Of a stretch of DNA of 64,000 nt, positions 1 to 10,169 are shown piece by piece. The stretch's first letter is position 1; each line of letters starts with the position of its first letter. The notes under the pieces are model-generated. The model was not told the DNA's origin. It ran no database searches and saw only the letters and a list, made by a program, of their open reading frames with translations. This DNA comes from Spirochaetota bacterium (GTDB lineage Bacteria > Spirochaetota > Spirochaetia > SZUA-6), in NCBI GenBank assembly GCA_013151965.1, contig JAADHF010000132.1:10412-74411 (forward strand). The letters are read 5' to 3'. Both the position numbers and the translations under genes were made by a program.

Positions 1-775
1 GCATGCGATTAAATACTTTGACTTTCCTGTAAAAGAGGAAGGTGATATGGAAAAGTTAGAACTTCCTGATATGAGTGATCCCGATAGGTTTAAGGATATT
101 CAGGAAGACAGTAAGTATTTTAAAGACGCAGGTTTTGTACCGACCGGATCAATCCAGGGATTTTTTTCAGGAATTCACAATTCATTCATGGATTTTTCTA
201 CAACAATGATGAATTTAGTTTTAAAACCGGACTTTATGAAAAAATTCACAAGAATTTTGGCAGAGATCAGTTTAAAAGCAGCCGAAATGTATTTAGAAAG
301 AGGAGTCGAGGTTATAGATGTCTGTGATGATTTCGGAACTGCAGAGGGACTTTTGTTATCACCTGAATTGATAAGGAAATATTTTATTCCATGGTACGAA
401 GAACTTGCGCATTTAATCCATAAGTACGGAGCTTTTTTACACCTGCATTCTCATGGGAATATAGGTTCTATAATGCCCGATATTATTGCTGCCGGTGTGG
501 ATATAGTTAATCCTTTTGACCGGGCAGAAAACCCGAATTTAACTGATTTAGTAAAGAAATATAGCGGCAAGGTCGTATTCTGCGGCGGAATGGTTGGTGA
601 TCTATATCGTTATTCCATCGATAAAGTAGAAATATTTACAAAAAGAGCGTGTAAATTATCAAAAACAGCAGGTTATCATTACATTTTTATGGCAACCGAA
701 GCACCGGAAGAATTGGCACTAAAGGATTGGGAAAAATGGCGGCAGATTTTTAAAAGAGAAAGAATATTGAAATGA
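1..775 (+). CDS. URO-D-like (uroporphyrinogen decarboxylase / MtaA-CmuA methyltransferase family) protein, probably 5'-truncated by the window edge
   Basis: The C-terminal motif region (LHLHSHGN...GVDIVNPFD) aligns with the HxCG...GxDxxD region of the two other URO-D-like proteins in this window. The frame stays open back to nt 2 and about 100 N-terminal residues seem to be missing. An ATG at 47 preceded by AAGAGGAAGGTGAT is an alternative internal start. Confidence 0.55.
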   Translation, partial: HAIKYFDFPVKEEGDMEKLELPDMSDPDRFKDIQEDSKYFKDAGFVPTGSIQGFFSGIHNSFMDFSTTMMNLVLKPDFMKKFTRILAEISLKAAEMYLERGVEVIDVCDDFGTAEGLLLSPELIRKYFIPWYEELAHLIHKYGAFLHLHSHGNIGSIMPDIIAAGVDIVNPFDRAENPNLTDLVKKYSGKVVFCGGMVGDLYRYSIDKVEIFTKRACKLSKTAGYHYIFMATEAPEELALKDWEKWRQIFKRERILK

Positions 776-1950
776 AAAAAGAAAAAATAGCTGAACTTAG
801 AAATTATTTTTATAACCAGGTAGTTAATGATACGATTCCGTTTTGGGTTAATAATTCGATAGATTATAAATACGGAGGATTTTTAACCTATCTGGATAGA
901 AAGGGCGATGTTCTGTCAACGGATAAATCGATGTGGGTTCAGGGTCGGGCAGCGTGGCTGTTTGCACGTATGTATAATGAGCTTGAAAAAAAAGATGAAT
1001 GGCTTGAATTATCTCATCACGGGATTGAATTTATTAAAAAATACGGATTTGATGCCGACGGACGTATGTTTTTCACTGTAACAAGAGAGGGTAAACCTTT
1101 AAGGAAACGCAGATATCTTTTTACGGAAACCTTTGCTGTTATTGCACTGGCAGAATATGCAAGAGCATCCGGTGATACGGAAGCTTTAACTTCTGCAAAA
1201 AATATTCTGGAATTGGTACTTAATTATTACAGGACAAAAGGTTCTTTGCCGGCAAAAGTCTATCCGGAAACCAGACAGACACGCAGCCTTTCTATGCCCA
1301 TGATTCTAATAAACACCATTCAGGTTTTAAGAAAATCGGAAAATGATAAAAGGTATAATAAACTGATAGATGAATTCATCGAAGAGATCTTTACATATTT
1401 TGCAAAGACCGTGCCGGGAATTCTTCTGGAGACCGTAGGCAGCAATGGTGAGTTTATAGATTTACCCGAGGGAAGATGTATAGACCCCGGACATACAATA
1501 GAAACATGCTGGTTCATAATGGAAGAGGGGAGAATTAGAAATGACAAACAGCTAATTATAAAGGTTTTGCCTTTTTTAGATTCTGCGCTAGAATTAGGCT
1601 GGGATAATAAATACGGCGGTTTATTTTACTATGTAGATATCAGGGGAAAACAAGCAGAACCGCTCGAATGGGACATGAAATTATGGTGGCCTCATAATGA
1701 GGCAATATATGCAACTTTTTTAGCGTATCATTTAACGGGGAAAAAGAAATATCTTAACTGGTTTCAGAAAATATTGGATTGGTCTCTTAAACATTTTCCT
1801 GATAAAGAGTACGGAGAATGGTTTGGATATCTTCATCGGGATGGGACCATTGCTCTGGATTTTAAGGGCAATAATTGGAAAGGACCTTTTCATCTCCCAA
1901 GGCAGGAACTTAATATGTATCTTCTGCTTTTAAAATTGCCTGGGAAATAG
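772..1950 (+). CDS. AGE-family epimerase (N-acylglucosamine 2-epimerase / cellobiose 2-epimerase-like)
   Basis: 392-aa ORF. The pattern typical of the AGE (alpha/alpha)6-barrel superfamily is present (WLFARMYNE..., GGFLTYLDRKGD, WWPHNEAIYA). The start overlaps the upstream stop (ATGA). Confidence 0.7.
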   Translation: MKKEKIAELRNYFYNQVVNDTIPFWVNNSIDYKYGGFLTYLDRKGDVLSTDKSMWVQGRAAWLFARMYNELEKKDEWLELSHHGIEFIKKYGFDADGRMFFTVTREGKPLRKRRYLFTETFAVIALAEYARASGDTEALTSAKNILELVLNYYRTKGSLPAKVYPETRQTRSLSMPMILINTIQVLRKSENDKRYNKLIDEFIEEIFTYFAKTVPGILLETVGSNGEFIDLPEGRCIDPGHTIETCWFIMEEGRIRNDKQLIIKVLPFLDSALELGWDNKYGGLFYYVDIRGKQAEPLEWDMKLWWPHNEAIYATFLAYHLTGKKKYLNWFQKILDWSLKHFPDKEYGEWFGYLHRDGTIALDFKGNNWKGPFHLPRQELNMYLLLLKLPGK

Positions 1951-1993
1951 TAATGAGTAATAAAAAATTATTTATTAAGCTGGAGTTAAATAA

Positions 1994-3124
1994 ATGAAAT
2001 TAACACGGAGAAAAGCGTTATTAACATTAATAAATGAGAAAAAAAATATCGGATATATTCCATTTTCTACTTATGGGGTCGACAGGTTCAGTCATAAGTG
2101 GATGGCAGACGATACTTCTTATCAGGAAGTATTGGAATATTCCGAGAAATACGGTCATATACAGGTTTCATATCTTCCATATTGGTGGTCATTCGGACTG
2201 ACTGATATTCTGGAGGTTGAAGATCCGGAACAAAAAGAAGAAAGTATTTATAAGAAGGGAGATACTACTTATTATCACTATACACTGCATACACCGGTGA
2301 AGGACCTTACCGCGGAATATAAACGGATTAAAGGGAATATGTCGATTTGGAGAGAGGATAATTTAATTAAAACGGATCAGGACATAGATTCTTTTTTATC
2401 CATGCCTTTTAAACCGAAATTGCCTGATATCAAGATATATAAAAGGCTGCTGTCTCAGTTAGGAGAATCCGGGATAATGCAGGTTCAGATGCCGAATCCG
2501 ATTGGGTTGATAATCGAAAACATGGGATATGAAGATTTTCTGCTCCGTGTTTATACCATGCCGGAAAAAATCGATGCATTATTAGAGAAGGCACAGCAAA
2601 TTATTATTAACTGGCTTGATATTATCTTACAGGCAGGAATCGGTGAATCATTTCGAATATGTGGTGCCGAGTATTGTGCACCGCCGATGGCATCTCCCGC
2701 CTTTTATCACCATTCTGTAACTGAACTTGATAAGCCTATTGTAAAAATGATTCACGGCGCAGATGGTATTGTGCAGTACCATTGTCATGGCCCTATTAGC
2801 AGGATATTGGATGATTTTATAGAACTTGGCGTAGATGCAATTGATCCGTGCGAGCCTTCTCCTAATGGTGATATTTCCCTTGGCGATATAGCGCATCGGG
2901 TTGAAAGCTCTATGGTTATTATGGGTAATATTGAATTAGATGCACTTGACCGTGCAGCACCTGAAGAAATTGAAAAATTGGTGGCAACAGCAATCGATGA
3001 GGTTGCAGGTAAAGCTCTCTTTTTGCTAATGCCTACGAGTTCTCCATTTATAAGCCCATTGCCTGTAAAAACTTCTGATAATATTATTTCATTTATAAAT
3101 GCAGCTTTAAAGTATGGAGGATGA
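1994..3124 (+). CDS. URO-D-like family protein (methyltransferase/decarboxylase fold)
   Basis: 376-aa ORF with the conserved C-terminal block IHGADGIVQYHCHGP...ELGVDAIDPCEP, shared with the other URO-D-like ORFs here. Confidence 0.5.
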   Translation: MKLTRRKALLTLINEKKNIGYIPFSTYGVDRFSHKWMADDTSYQEVLEYSEKYGHIQVSYLPYWWSFGLTDILEVEDPEQKEESIYKKGDTTYYHYTLHTPVKDLTAEYKRIKGNMSIWREDNLIKTDQDIDSFLSMPFKPKLPDIKIYKRLLSQLGESGIMQVQMPNPIGLIIENMGYEDFLLRVYTMPEKIDALLEKAQQIIINWLDIILQAGIGESFRICGAEYCAPPMASPAFYHHSVTELDKPIVKMIHGADGIVQYHCHGPISRILDDFIELGVDAIDPCEPSPNGDISLGDIAHRVESSMVIMGNIELDALDRAAPEEIEKLVATAIDEVAGKALFLLMPTSSPFISPLPVKTSDNIISFINAALKYGG

Positions 3125-3128
3125 ATAA

Positions 3129-4145
3129 TTAAAGTTTATAATCTTTACAGGCGCTGACTATAGCTTTCAGGTTTGCTAAAGGAGTCATTCTGGGCACACC
3201 GCAACCGGGAGACATTACAATCCCGGTATTAAAGTTTCCGCTTTTAAGAATATTCTGAGTAGCTTTGTATATCGCCTCGGGACTATTCATTAATAAAAAG
3301 GTAGTATCAAGATTGCCTTTTAGAGATATTTTATCTCCGAGCAGCCGGCGGGCAGCAGCCATTTGTACTTTAGCATCTACCTCGAATCCCTGTATGTTTA
3401 AACCCTTTAATAGGTGCAGGATATGCCGGGTATCACCGCATATATGAATCCAGAGATCGCAGTTTTTACCTGACAGAGCATCTATGGTTTTCTTTTGATA
3501 GGGAAGAACAAATTTTTCATAATGTCCGGGACTAACCAGACCGGCTGTTGCATCTCCGTATTGAATACCATGTACTCCCGTTGCAATCATCTGTTCTCCG
3601 TAAGCGATAACCACTTCGGTACAGAAATCTAAAAAATCTTTAAGCAATTGTTCATCTTCCGTCACGATATCCAGTAAAAAGTTTTGAGTACCTCTCAATA
3701 TTGCTGCCAGACTAAAGGGACCGCTGTCTATATTAGCCTGAATATAGTACTTGTTGCCTGCCTCCCGGACTATTTTTTTTACCGCAGCAAGTACAGTCTG
3801 CATCCCGGGTGCTGTTTCGGGATAGGGCACCTTAAGCCTTGTATATTCCTTCACTGACTGCAGTATCGCTTTTTTGCTGTAGGACTCATCATCCTCCGGA
3901 AAAGTCAGATTACCTCCGAGAGCCTGGTGACAGACCCAGTTGTCTCTGGATACATATATTCCATCACTGCCGGTTAAATCGCGGGCTTTCATAAGCGTAT
4001 CGGCCATAATTTCAGGGTTAAGGTTGTATTCTCTCTGTTTTACACCTAACAGCCGGCAGGCAGGTGCTAAGAGAATCGGGAAAGTCGGAATACGGTCTAT
4101 CTTTTCTCCCCGGATTGATTTTCGGGTTCGTTCCAGACTATTCAT
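3129..4145 (-). CDS. Uroporphyrinogen decarboxylase (URO-D) family protein, MtaA/HemE-like
   Basis: 338 aa. Family motifs are present (IHICGDT, GVPRMTPLANL) and the overall length matches URO-D/MtaA. Confidence 0.7.
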   Translation of the reverse strand: MNSLERTRKSIRGEKIDRIPTFPILLAPACRLLGVKQREYNLNPEIMADTLMKARDLTGSDGIYVSRDNWVCHQALGGNLTFPEDDESYSKKAILQSVKEYTRLKVPYPETAPGMQTVLAAVKKIVREAGNKYYIQANIDSGPFSLAAILRGTQNFLLDIVTEDEQLLKDFLDFCTEVVIAYGEQMIATGVHGIQYGDATAGLVSPGHYEKFVLPYQKKTIDALSGKNCDLWIHICGDTRHILHLLKGLNIQGFEVDAKVQMAAARRLLGDKISLKGNLDTTFLLMNSPEAIYKATQNILKSGNFNTGIVMSPGCGVPRMTPLANLKAIVSACKDYKL

Positions 4146-4538
4146 GAAAAAATTCCTTAAAAGGAAATCTAATGGTCTATTAAAACAGCAATAGTCACAA
4201 AGTTATTATTAAATGTTTACAGCCACACCTGCTGTAAATATTATTACAACTTTTCTCTTTTAAAGTCAAATAATTTTCATGAGACTAACGGCTGCCCCAT
4301 GATTAGCGTGATGGAGATTTTTTAACTTTACTATTGTTAAAGAGCATATCTCTGCGATGGGTTTTCCTATTGAAACTAAATATTTAATCTTTCTATCCTA
4401 TTAAAATTTAATAACGTTAATCCATACTGCAGACCAATCCGAAAATTGATATAGGAGTGTGGTACGGGCTTAACAGTTTGCCGTTCATGTAAAGAAAACC
4501 GCACCGTACAACTTATAGATGTTTTAAGGAGTTTTGTC

Positions 4539-5063
4539 ATGGAAACTGCAGAGAAGTTATCATTCGAGAAGGATCTGCTTATAGGAAAATTTAAACAGGA
4601 AATGAGTATAGAAATACAGCTTCTCGATAGCTTTTTTAGACTTGAGGAAGAGCTTCACAGCGCGATTTACGAAAAAGAATGGACACGGATAGAGGAACTG
4701 GTATCGAATCTTAAAAATACCGGAACCGATATCGAAAATATAGATGACAGGCGGGACCAGTACTTTAGTGCCGTTAAAAAACACCTGGGTCTGTCCGTTG
4801 CTTCGGGTTTGTCCGAAATGCTTGGCTACATGGAAAAGGAACAACAGGAGGAAATACAAAAGCTCCACAGGGACCTGAAAATACGGGTTGTAAAGGTTAA
4901 GGGTTCCACGGGAAGGCTTAGATATTTATTCAGAACACTTTCCGAGTCATTAAATGATATACTTGGCGAGGTGTTCCCTCATCGAAAGGGGAAAATCTAT
5001 TCTATGCATGGCAGGCCTGCGGAATATGCGGAAGAGTCTGTTATGGTAAACAGGAACCTATAG
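4539..5063 (+). CDS. Small coiled-coil protein at the head of the flgK operon (FlgN/FlbF-like chaperone candidate)
   Basis: 174-aa ORF ending 10 nt before flgK with its own SD (AAGGAG). Its position matches flbF/flgN-like genes upstream of flgK in spirochetes. No diagnostic motif was found, so the call rests on synteny. Confidence 0.35.
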   Translation: METAEKLSFEKDLLIGKFKQEMSIEIQLLDSFFRLEEELHSAIYEKEWTRIEELVSNLKNTGTDIENIDDRRDQYFSAVKKHLGLSVASGLSEMLGYMEKEQQEEIQKLHRDLKIRVVKVKGSTGRLRYLFRTLSESLNDILGEVFPHRKGKIYSMHGRPAEYAEESVMVNRNL

Positions 5064-5072
5064 GAGGAAGCA

Positions 5073-6947
5073 GTGCAGTCGAGTTTTGCCGGTATAGAAA
5101 TTGGTAAGAGAAGTTTAATAACCCATACTCAGGGACTTAATACAATCGGGCATAATATGAGCAATGCGGACGTAGAGGGTTACAGCCGTCAGCGGATAGA
5201 GATGCGCGCGGCGGATCCGCTTTATGTTCCCGGGTTAAACAGGGAAGAAACTCCGGGGCAGATAGGGCAGGGGGTGGAGACCACATCTATCCGCCGGATA
5301 AAAGATATGCTTCTGCAGGGAAGAATAGTTGCGGAGAAGAACGGGCAGGGGTACTGGCAGCAGCGTGACAAGTATATCCTGATGCTGGAACAAGTCTATA
5401 ATGAGCCCTCGGATCTTTCCGTCAGGGCATTGATGGATAAATTCTGGGAATCATGGCAGGACCTGTCGCTCCATCCGGGCCAAATGGCATCCAGAAAAGC
5501 GGTTCTTCAGAGAGGGTTAACCTTAGTCGATGCTATTCATAAGCGCTACAGCAGGTTTAAAGGTATTCGCGATGAGATAGAGGGAGATGTTCAGGGTACT
5601 GTTAGTCAGATTAATTCGTTTATTAAAAATATTGCATCGTTAAACACGCAGATTGTAAAAGTCCAGGCTATGGGAGATAGTCCGAATGATCTGCTGGACA
5701 GAAGAGACCTTCTCGTTGAAAAATTATCTTCACTTATTGATATTACCGTAAATAACCGGGATCCTGATGAGTTTACAATAAATTCCGGCGGAATGCATAT
5801 TGTGCAGGGAAAACATTACGAAGCATTATCAGCGGTTCGTGATCCCGGTAATGAAGGTTATTCGAAGGTTGTATGGAAAGACGGCGGAACAAAAGCTTAT
5901 TTCCGCGGCGGAAAACTGGCCTCTCTTGTGGAGCTGAGAGATTCGGATACAAAGGAAGAGATTCAGAAACTCGACTTAATGGCTGTCAATTTCATGGACC
6001 TTGTTAATGAGATTCATAAAAAGGGATACGGACTTAATAATGAAACAGGGAATAACTTTTTTGTCGAGTATCCCTTTATTAATAATGTCTCAGGTAATTA
6101 TGACAGAAACGGTGACGGGCAGTACGACTCTTCCTATATTTTCCGGCTTACAGGCGGTAATGTGCTGAAAGCCAAAGATCAGATAGGCCTTAAGGGAACA
6201 CTAACCCTTTCGGGAGCGAATGGTAATATAACGGTTCCATACCATCCGACAGATACGGTAGAGGATGTTATAAAGAGGATTAATCTTTCAGGTGCGGAAG
6301 TCTCCGCACATCTGGATTATTCAGGGAGGCTCTCGTTAAAGGGTGTGCCTTCCTCTTCCCTGGCAAACCCGGATTTTGTAATTCGGCATGTGGAGGATTC
6401 CGGACAGTTTTTAGCAGGATACGCGGGGATCCTATCTGCACCCGGCAAGGCCGGAACGTACGATTGGGCAAAAGCGAATGCAGTACTCGATCTTAACAAC
6501 AAGGCCGATTTTGCAGTTGCACCTCTGGCACATCCGTCAGGCTGGGTAACGGTAAATCCGAAGATAATAAATGATCCGGGCAATATCGTATCTTCTTTCG
6601 GATATAACGGCAAATCGGAAGGAACTGGCGACGGCTCTGCAGCTCTGGCAATAGCCGGTTTGCGGACAAAACCTGTTATGATCGGTCTTATAAACAATTT
6701 TGACGATTACTTCAGTATGGTTACAGCGGATATCGGGCTTAAGGGTGAGCAGGCATCAAATTCTTTACAAACGGAAAAACTCGTTATGAAAGAGCTTACC
6801 GATCAGAGAGAATCAATCTCCGGAGTAAATATAGATGAGGAAGTATCCAATATGATTAAATTCCAGCGCGGATACGAAGCTGCGGCAAGATTTGTTACGG
6901 AAGTGGATAAAATGCTGGACCTGATCATAAACAGAATGGCCGTATAG
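5073..6947 (+). CDS. flgK: Flagellar hook-associated protein 1 FlgK
   Basis: GTG start preceded by AGGAGGAAG. The N-terminus (SSFAGIEIGKRSLITHTQGLNTIGHNMSNADVEGYSRQR) is the canonical FlgK rod/hook N-domain. The 624-aa length is as in spirochete FlgK. Confidence 0.9.
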   Translation: MQSSFAGIEIGKRSLITHTQGLNTIGHNMSNADVEGYSRQRIEMRAADPLYVPGLNREETPGQIGQGVETTSIRRIKDMLLQGRIVAEKNGQGYWQQRDKYILMLEQVYNEPSDLSVRALMDKFWESWQDLSLHPGQMASRKAVLQRGLTLVDAIHKRYSRFKGIRDEIEGDVQGTVSQINSFIKNIASLNTQIVKVQAMGDSPNDLLDRRDLLVEKLSSLIDITVNNRDPDEFTINSGGMHIVQGKHYEALSAVRDPGNEGYSKVVWKDGGTKAYFRGGKLASLVELRDSDTKEEIQKLDLMAVNFMDLVNEIHKKGYGLNNETGNNFFVEYPFINNVSGNYDRNGDGQYDSSYIFRLTGGNVLKAKDQIGLKGTLTLSGANGNITVPYHPTDTVEDVIKRINLSGAEVSAHLDYSGRLSLKGVPSSSLANPDFVIRHVEDSGQFLAGYAGILSAPGKAGTYDWAKANAVLDLNNKADFAVAPLAHPSGWVTVNPKIINDPGNIVSSFGYNGKSEGTGDGSAALAIAGLRTKPVMIGLINNFDDYFSMVTADIGLKGEQASNSLQTEKLVMKELTDQRESISGVNIDEEVSNMIKFQRGYEAAARFVTEVDKMLDLIINRMAV

Positions 6948-7024
6948 CAGCTGAAAAAGGAATGATGTAGGATAATGAACGGAATAATAAGGATGTACGT
7001 TAATTACAAGGAGTGTAAATAGAT

Positions 7025-8272
7025 ATGAGACGGATCAGTACGAATCAATCCAATTTGGATACACAGTACTACATGCGTTTAAGAGAATGGCAGATGAATC
7101 AGCTCAACAATAAAATGTCTTCTCAGAAGAGGATACAGAACCTTCGTGACGATCCCCTGGCTGCTGCAAAGTCTACAAGGTATAAGTCCGAAATTACAAG
7201 GATGAAACGCTACACTAAAAACATAGGTAATATGCGCGGAAATCTTTCGGTAACAGAGGGATATTTAAGAGACGGGCTTAATATTCTGCAGCGGGTGCGG
7301 GAACTGGCTGTCCAGGGTGCAAACGGAGTTCTCAATAAGGATCAGATGGCATATATAGGGCAGGAAATAAATGAGCTTTTAAAAGAGTTTGTTTCGATTT
7401 CCAATTCGAAAGGTGCAGACGGCGAAATGCTCTTTTCCGGCTACAAAACAAATACGACACCCTTCCGTATAAATACTGGTAATGTGCCGGGTGCAAAGGG
7501 AGAGGTAATAACATCTGTGGATTACATTGGCGATATCGGGAAAAATAAGGGAGAGATATCGGACGACGCTTATACATCCGCAAATATCCCGGGAAACTAT
7601 GCCTTCTGGGCAGAGGATCAGCAGATATATTCCAATACTGATGCAAGGAATTACAGGGCTCAGGAAGATTCGACAATAAGGATCGACGGTGTTGATATTC
7701 ATGTAAATACCGGTGATAATGTCTATGCAATTATAAGCAAGATAAATGATTCCTCTGCACCTGTTAAGGCAAGACTCGATCCCATTAAAAATTCTCTTGC
7801 ATTACAGACCACCTTCCCTCACCAGATGTGGCTGGAGGATCAGGGCAATGGTACCGTGCTTCAGGATCTGGGAATCGTATCCAGTTTAAATAAGAACCCT
7901 CCATTAAATAATGATAAAACTTCCCGGGTATTCGGAGGATCCATATTTGATATGATTATTCACCTGCGCGACAGCCTCTACCGCGGAGATGCGGAAACGG
8001 TAGGCAGTTCCGGACTGGCCGGTATAGATAAGGCGGTTAACAGCCTGGTATCCAACATTGCAGATGTGGGCGCAAAGGATGCGCGTCTTGAGGTTACTAT
8101 GAAAAGGCTTAATACGATAATACCGGACTTTATAAAGATGGATTCGGAAGAAACGGATCTTGATCTGAGTAAGGCGATTACAGACCTCAAGATGCTGGAA
8201 TATACAAATCAGGCTGCACTTTCTACGGCAGGGAGAGTACTGCGTCCGACTTTACTCGATTTTCTGCGTTAG
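7025..8272 (+). CDS. flgL: Flagellar hook-associated protein 3 FlgL
   Basis: Flagellin-type N-domain (LRELAVQGANG) and C-terminal helix (LEYTNQAALSTAGRVLRPTLLDFLR). It lies immediately downstream of flgK. Confidence 0.85.
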   Translation: MRRISTNQSNLDTQYYMRLREWQMNQLNNKMSSQKRIQNLRDDPLAAAKSTRYKSEITRMKRYTKNIGNMRGNLSVTEGYLRDGLNILQRVRELAVQGANGVLNKDQMAYIGQEINELLKEFVSISNSKGADGEMLFSGYKTNTTPFRINTGNVPGAKGEVITSVDYIGDIGKNKGEISDDAYTSANIPGNYAFWAEDQQIYSNTDARNYRAQEDSTIRIDGVDIHVNTGDNVYAIISKINDSSAPVKARLDPIKNSLALQTTFPHQMWLEDQGNGTVLQDLGIVSSLNKNPPLNNDKTSRVFGGSIFDMIIHLRDSLYRGDAETVGSSGLAGIDKAVNSLVSNIADVGAKDARLEVTMKRLNTIIPDFIKMDSEETDLDLSKAITDLKMLEYTNQAALSTAGRVLRPTLLDFLR

Positions 8273-8278
8273 AATTAT

Positions 8279-8740
8279 ATGGAGTATAAAATGAAAATTG
8301 ATACAAAGCCGTACGGTTCTATCGATATCGATGAGCGTCAGAAGATATTCTTCCCCTACGGGGTACTGGGCTTTGAGAGTTTAAAGGATTATGTTCTGCT
8401 CGATGCCCAGCAGCAGCCCTTTTACTGGCTGCAGTCTCTGGATGTTACGGAGATTGCCTTTGTACTGATAAACCCGAGAATATTCCGGCCGGACTATAAA
8501 CTCGATGTGGATAAAGAAGAACTTAAAGAAATAGGCATAGAATCAGAGGACGATATACTGGATTTTGCCATAGTTACGATTCCGGAGAACAGTTCCAATA
8601 TGACTGCCAATCTGCAGGGACCTGTTATTATCAATAAAAAAACAAGGGTGGGCAGGCAGTCAATATCCTTAAATCCTGACTGGCATGTACGGCACAGGAT
8701 ACTGGACGAATTAGCTTCGGTAAGGCAGGAATCATGCTGA
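8279..8740 (+). CDS. fliW: Flagellar assembly factor FliW
   Basis: 153 aa with the FliW-family pattern (PYG.IDIDE....FFP.G..GFE). Its stop overlaps the csrA start (ATGCTGA), giving fliW-csrA coupling as in Borrelia and Bacillus. Confidence 0.85.
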   Translation: MEYKMKIDTKPYGSIDIDERQKIFFPYGVLGFESLKDYVLLDAQQQPFYWLQSLDVTEIAFVLINPRIFRPDYKLDVDKEELKEIGIESEDDILDFAIVTIPENSSNMTANLQGPVIINKKTRVGRQSISLNPDWHVRHRILDELASVRQESC

Positions 8741-9030
8741 TACTGACACGGAAATTAAACGAGAGTATAATGATAGGCGACCAGATAGAGATTTCCATAG
8801 TAGATATTCGCGGTGATCAGGTAAAACTTGGTATTCAGGCACCTAAAAATATTAAGGTTTACAGGCAGGAAGTATACCGGGCAATTCAGAAAGAGAACAT
8901 AGAAGCGGTAAAGTCCAAACCCGAACTTATCTTTTCTCTGGATAACCTTTTAGATAAGAGCACCGGCGCGCAGAGTACAAAGATGAGTAAACCAAAAAAC
9001 GGGAAAACCGGAGATAAGCAAAAAAAGTAG
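8734..9030 (+). CDS. csrA: Carbon storage regulator CsrA with extended basic C-terminal tail
   Basis: The protein starts [23 protein letters not shown]...[16 protein letters not shown], which is the canonical CsrA fold sequence. The 98-aa length includes a C-terminal extension typical of FliW-regulated CsrAs. Confidence 0.9.
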   Translation: MLILTRKLNESIMIGDQIEISIVDIRGDQVKLGIQAPKNIKVYRQEVYRAIQKENIEAVKSKPELIFSLDNLLDKSTGAQSTKMSKPKNGKTGDKQKK

Positions 9031-9074
9031 TATATTAAAGCCTGTTAAAAGGCCTGCCGGCGGAGATTCTTATA

Positions 9075-10163
9075 CTAATCAGTTAAAGTATTAAAGATAT
9101 CAGCAAAGTCATCCTGTACGGAAACAAACTGTTCCACAATAAACGGGTCGAAATGTGTTCCGGCCTCATTAACAATAATTGATCTTGCTTTTTTGTGCGA
9201 GAAAGATTTTTTATAGGCTCTTTCCATTCGAAGGGCATCGTAAACATCTGCGATTGTTACTATCCGTGCACTCAGCGGGATAAAATCTCCGCTTAGTTCA
9301 TGAGGATATCCGGAACCGTTCCACCATTCATGATGACGAAGAGCGATTTCACGTGCCATGGAGTTGGGATATGTACTTAAGATGTATGCACCGTTAATAG
9401 TATGTTCTTTCATTATTTCCCACTCCCATTCTTCTAAAGGCCCTTCTTTATTGAGTATATCATCCGGTGTCCCTATTTTCCCCACATCATGCATGGCTGC
9501 AAGAAAACCTATATTCTGGATAAATTCATTATCCAGCTGCGAATATTTTCCGGTTTTTAAAAGGGTCTCGGTAAGATTTTTCGAATACCGGTTTACACGC
9601 TCTATATGATTGCCTGTATCGTTGTCTTTAAGCCTTGCCGCTTCCAGGAGGCTTTTGAATGTATTCTGGAGTATCTCTCTGTATTCGTGGCTGATGTCAT
9701 TATAAACACACCCGAAGGCAATCGGTTTCTGCATATCATCCCGATCCGAAAACAGCGGAACGATAAGAAGTTTTGTTATAACGGATAACTGTTTATGGCT
9801 TTTTCTTTCCACCCGTCCATACCAGCTATACCCGTTTTCCTTTGAATTAAGATGAAGGATAAGGTCTTTCAGAGTATTCTGAGATAGATATCCGGTATAG
9901 TATTGAGGCAGGCTGTTTCCGATAAAACTATCAAAAGTTCCGAAGGTTTCGGTAAAAGAATTATTATTCCAGATTATTTTTAAATCCCTGTCCATAATAA
10001 TTGAAGGGATGGGACTTAAACCGTAACTTTTCTTCCATATTCCGACACTCACGTTACCATTAATATTACTTTCTGTTTCTTCCGCTGTTTCGGTTTCTAT
10101 ATTTTCGAGTTCTTCGATTTCCTCTAGTTCTTCTAATTCCTCGACTTCCTGATCATCAGACAT
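9075..10163 (-). CDS. HD-GYP domain c-di-GMP phosphodiesterase with acidic N-terminus
   Basis: HD motif (AAMHDVGKIGTPD) and GYP motif (HHEWWNGSGYP). The N-terminal EELEELEEIEELE stretch is low-complexity. Confidence 0.85.
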   Translation of the reverse strand: MSDDQEVEELEELEEIEELENIETETAEETESNINGNVSVGIWKKSYGLSPIPSIIMDRDLKIIWNNNSFTETFGTFDSFIGNSLPQYYTGYLSQNTLKDLILHLNSKENGYSWYGRVERKSHKQLSVITKLLIVPLFSDRDDMQKPIAFGCVYNDISHEYREILQNTFKSLLEAARLKDNDTGNHIERVNRYSKNLTETLLKTGKYSQLDNEFIQNIGFLAAMHDVGKIGTPDDILNKEGPLEEWEWEIMKEHTINGAYILSTYPNSMAREIALRHHEWWNGSGYPHELSGDFIPLSARIVTIADVYDALRMERAYKKSFSHKKARSIIVNEAGTHFDPFIVEQFVSVQDDFADIFNTLTD

Positions 10164-10169
10164 TCTACT

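Noticed and set aside
47-775. Treating the ATG at 47 (with a good SD) as the true start of the first ORF
   Set aside because: The frame is open to the window edge. Compared with the two paralogs in the window the product lacks about 100 N-terminal residues of the URO-D fold. A 5'-truncated gene is more likely, although an N-terminally short variant cannot be excluded.
1320-1547. Short antisense or out-of-frame ORFs inside well-supported genes, a class applying to many entries in the ORF track (e.g. 1320..1547, 2648..2896, 6280..6697, 7332..7730, 33529..33987, 34013..34282, 36285..37053, 48468..48872, 53528..54546)
   Set aside because: All lie entirely within longer ORFs that carry clear family motifs on the opposite strand or in another frame. 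They have no SD context and no recognizable motifs, so they were treated as spurious.
9031-9074. A bidirectional terminator between convergent csrA and the HD-GYP gene
   Set aside because: Only a 4-bp GCCT/AGGC stem around GTTAAA, plus a GCCGGC palindrome, with no adjacent U-tract on either strand. This is too weak to call.
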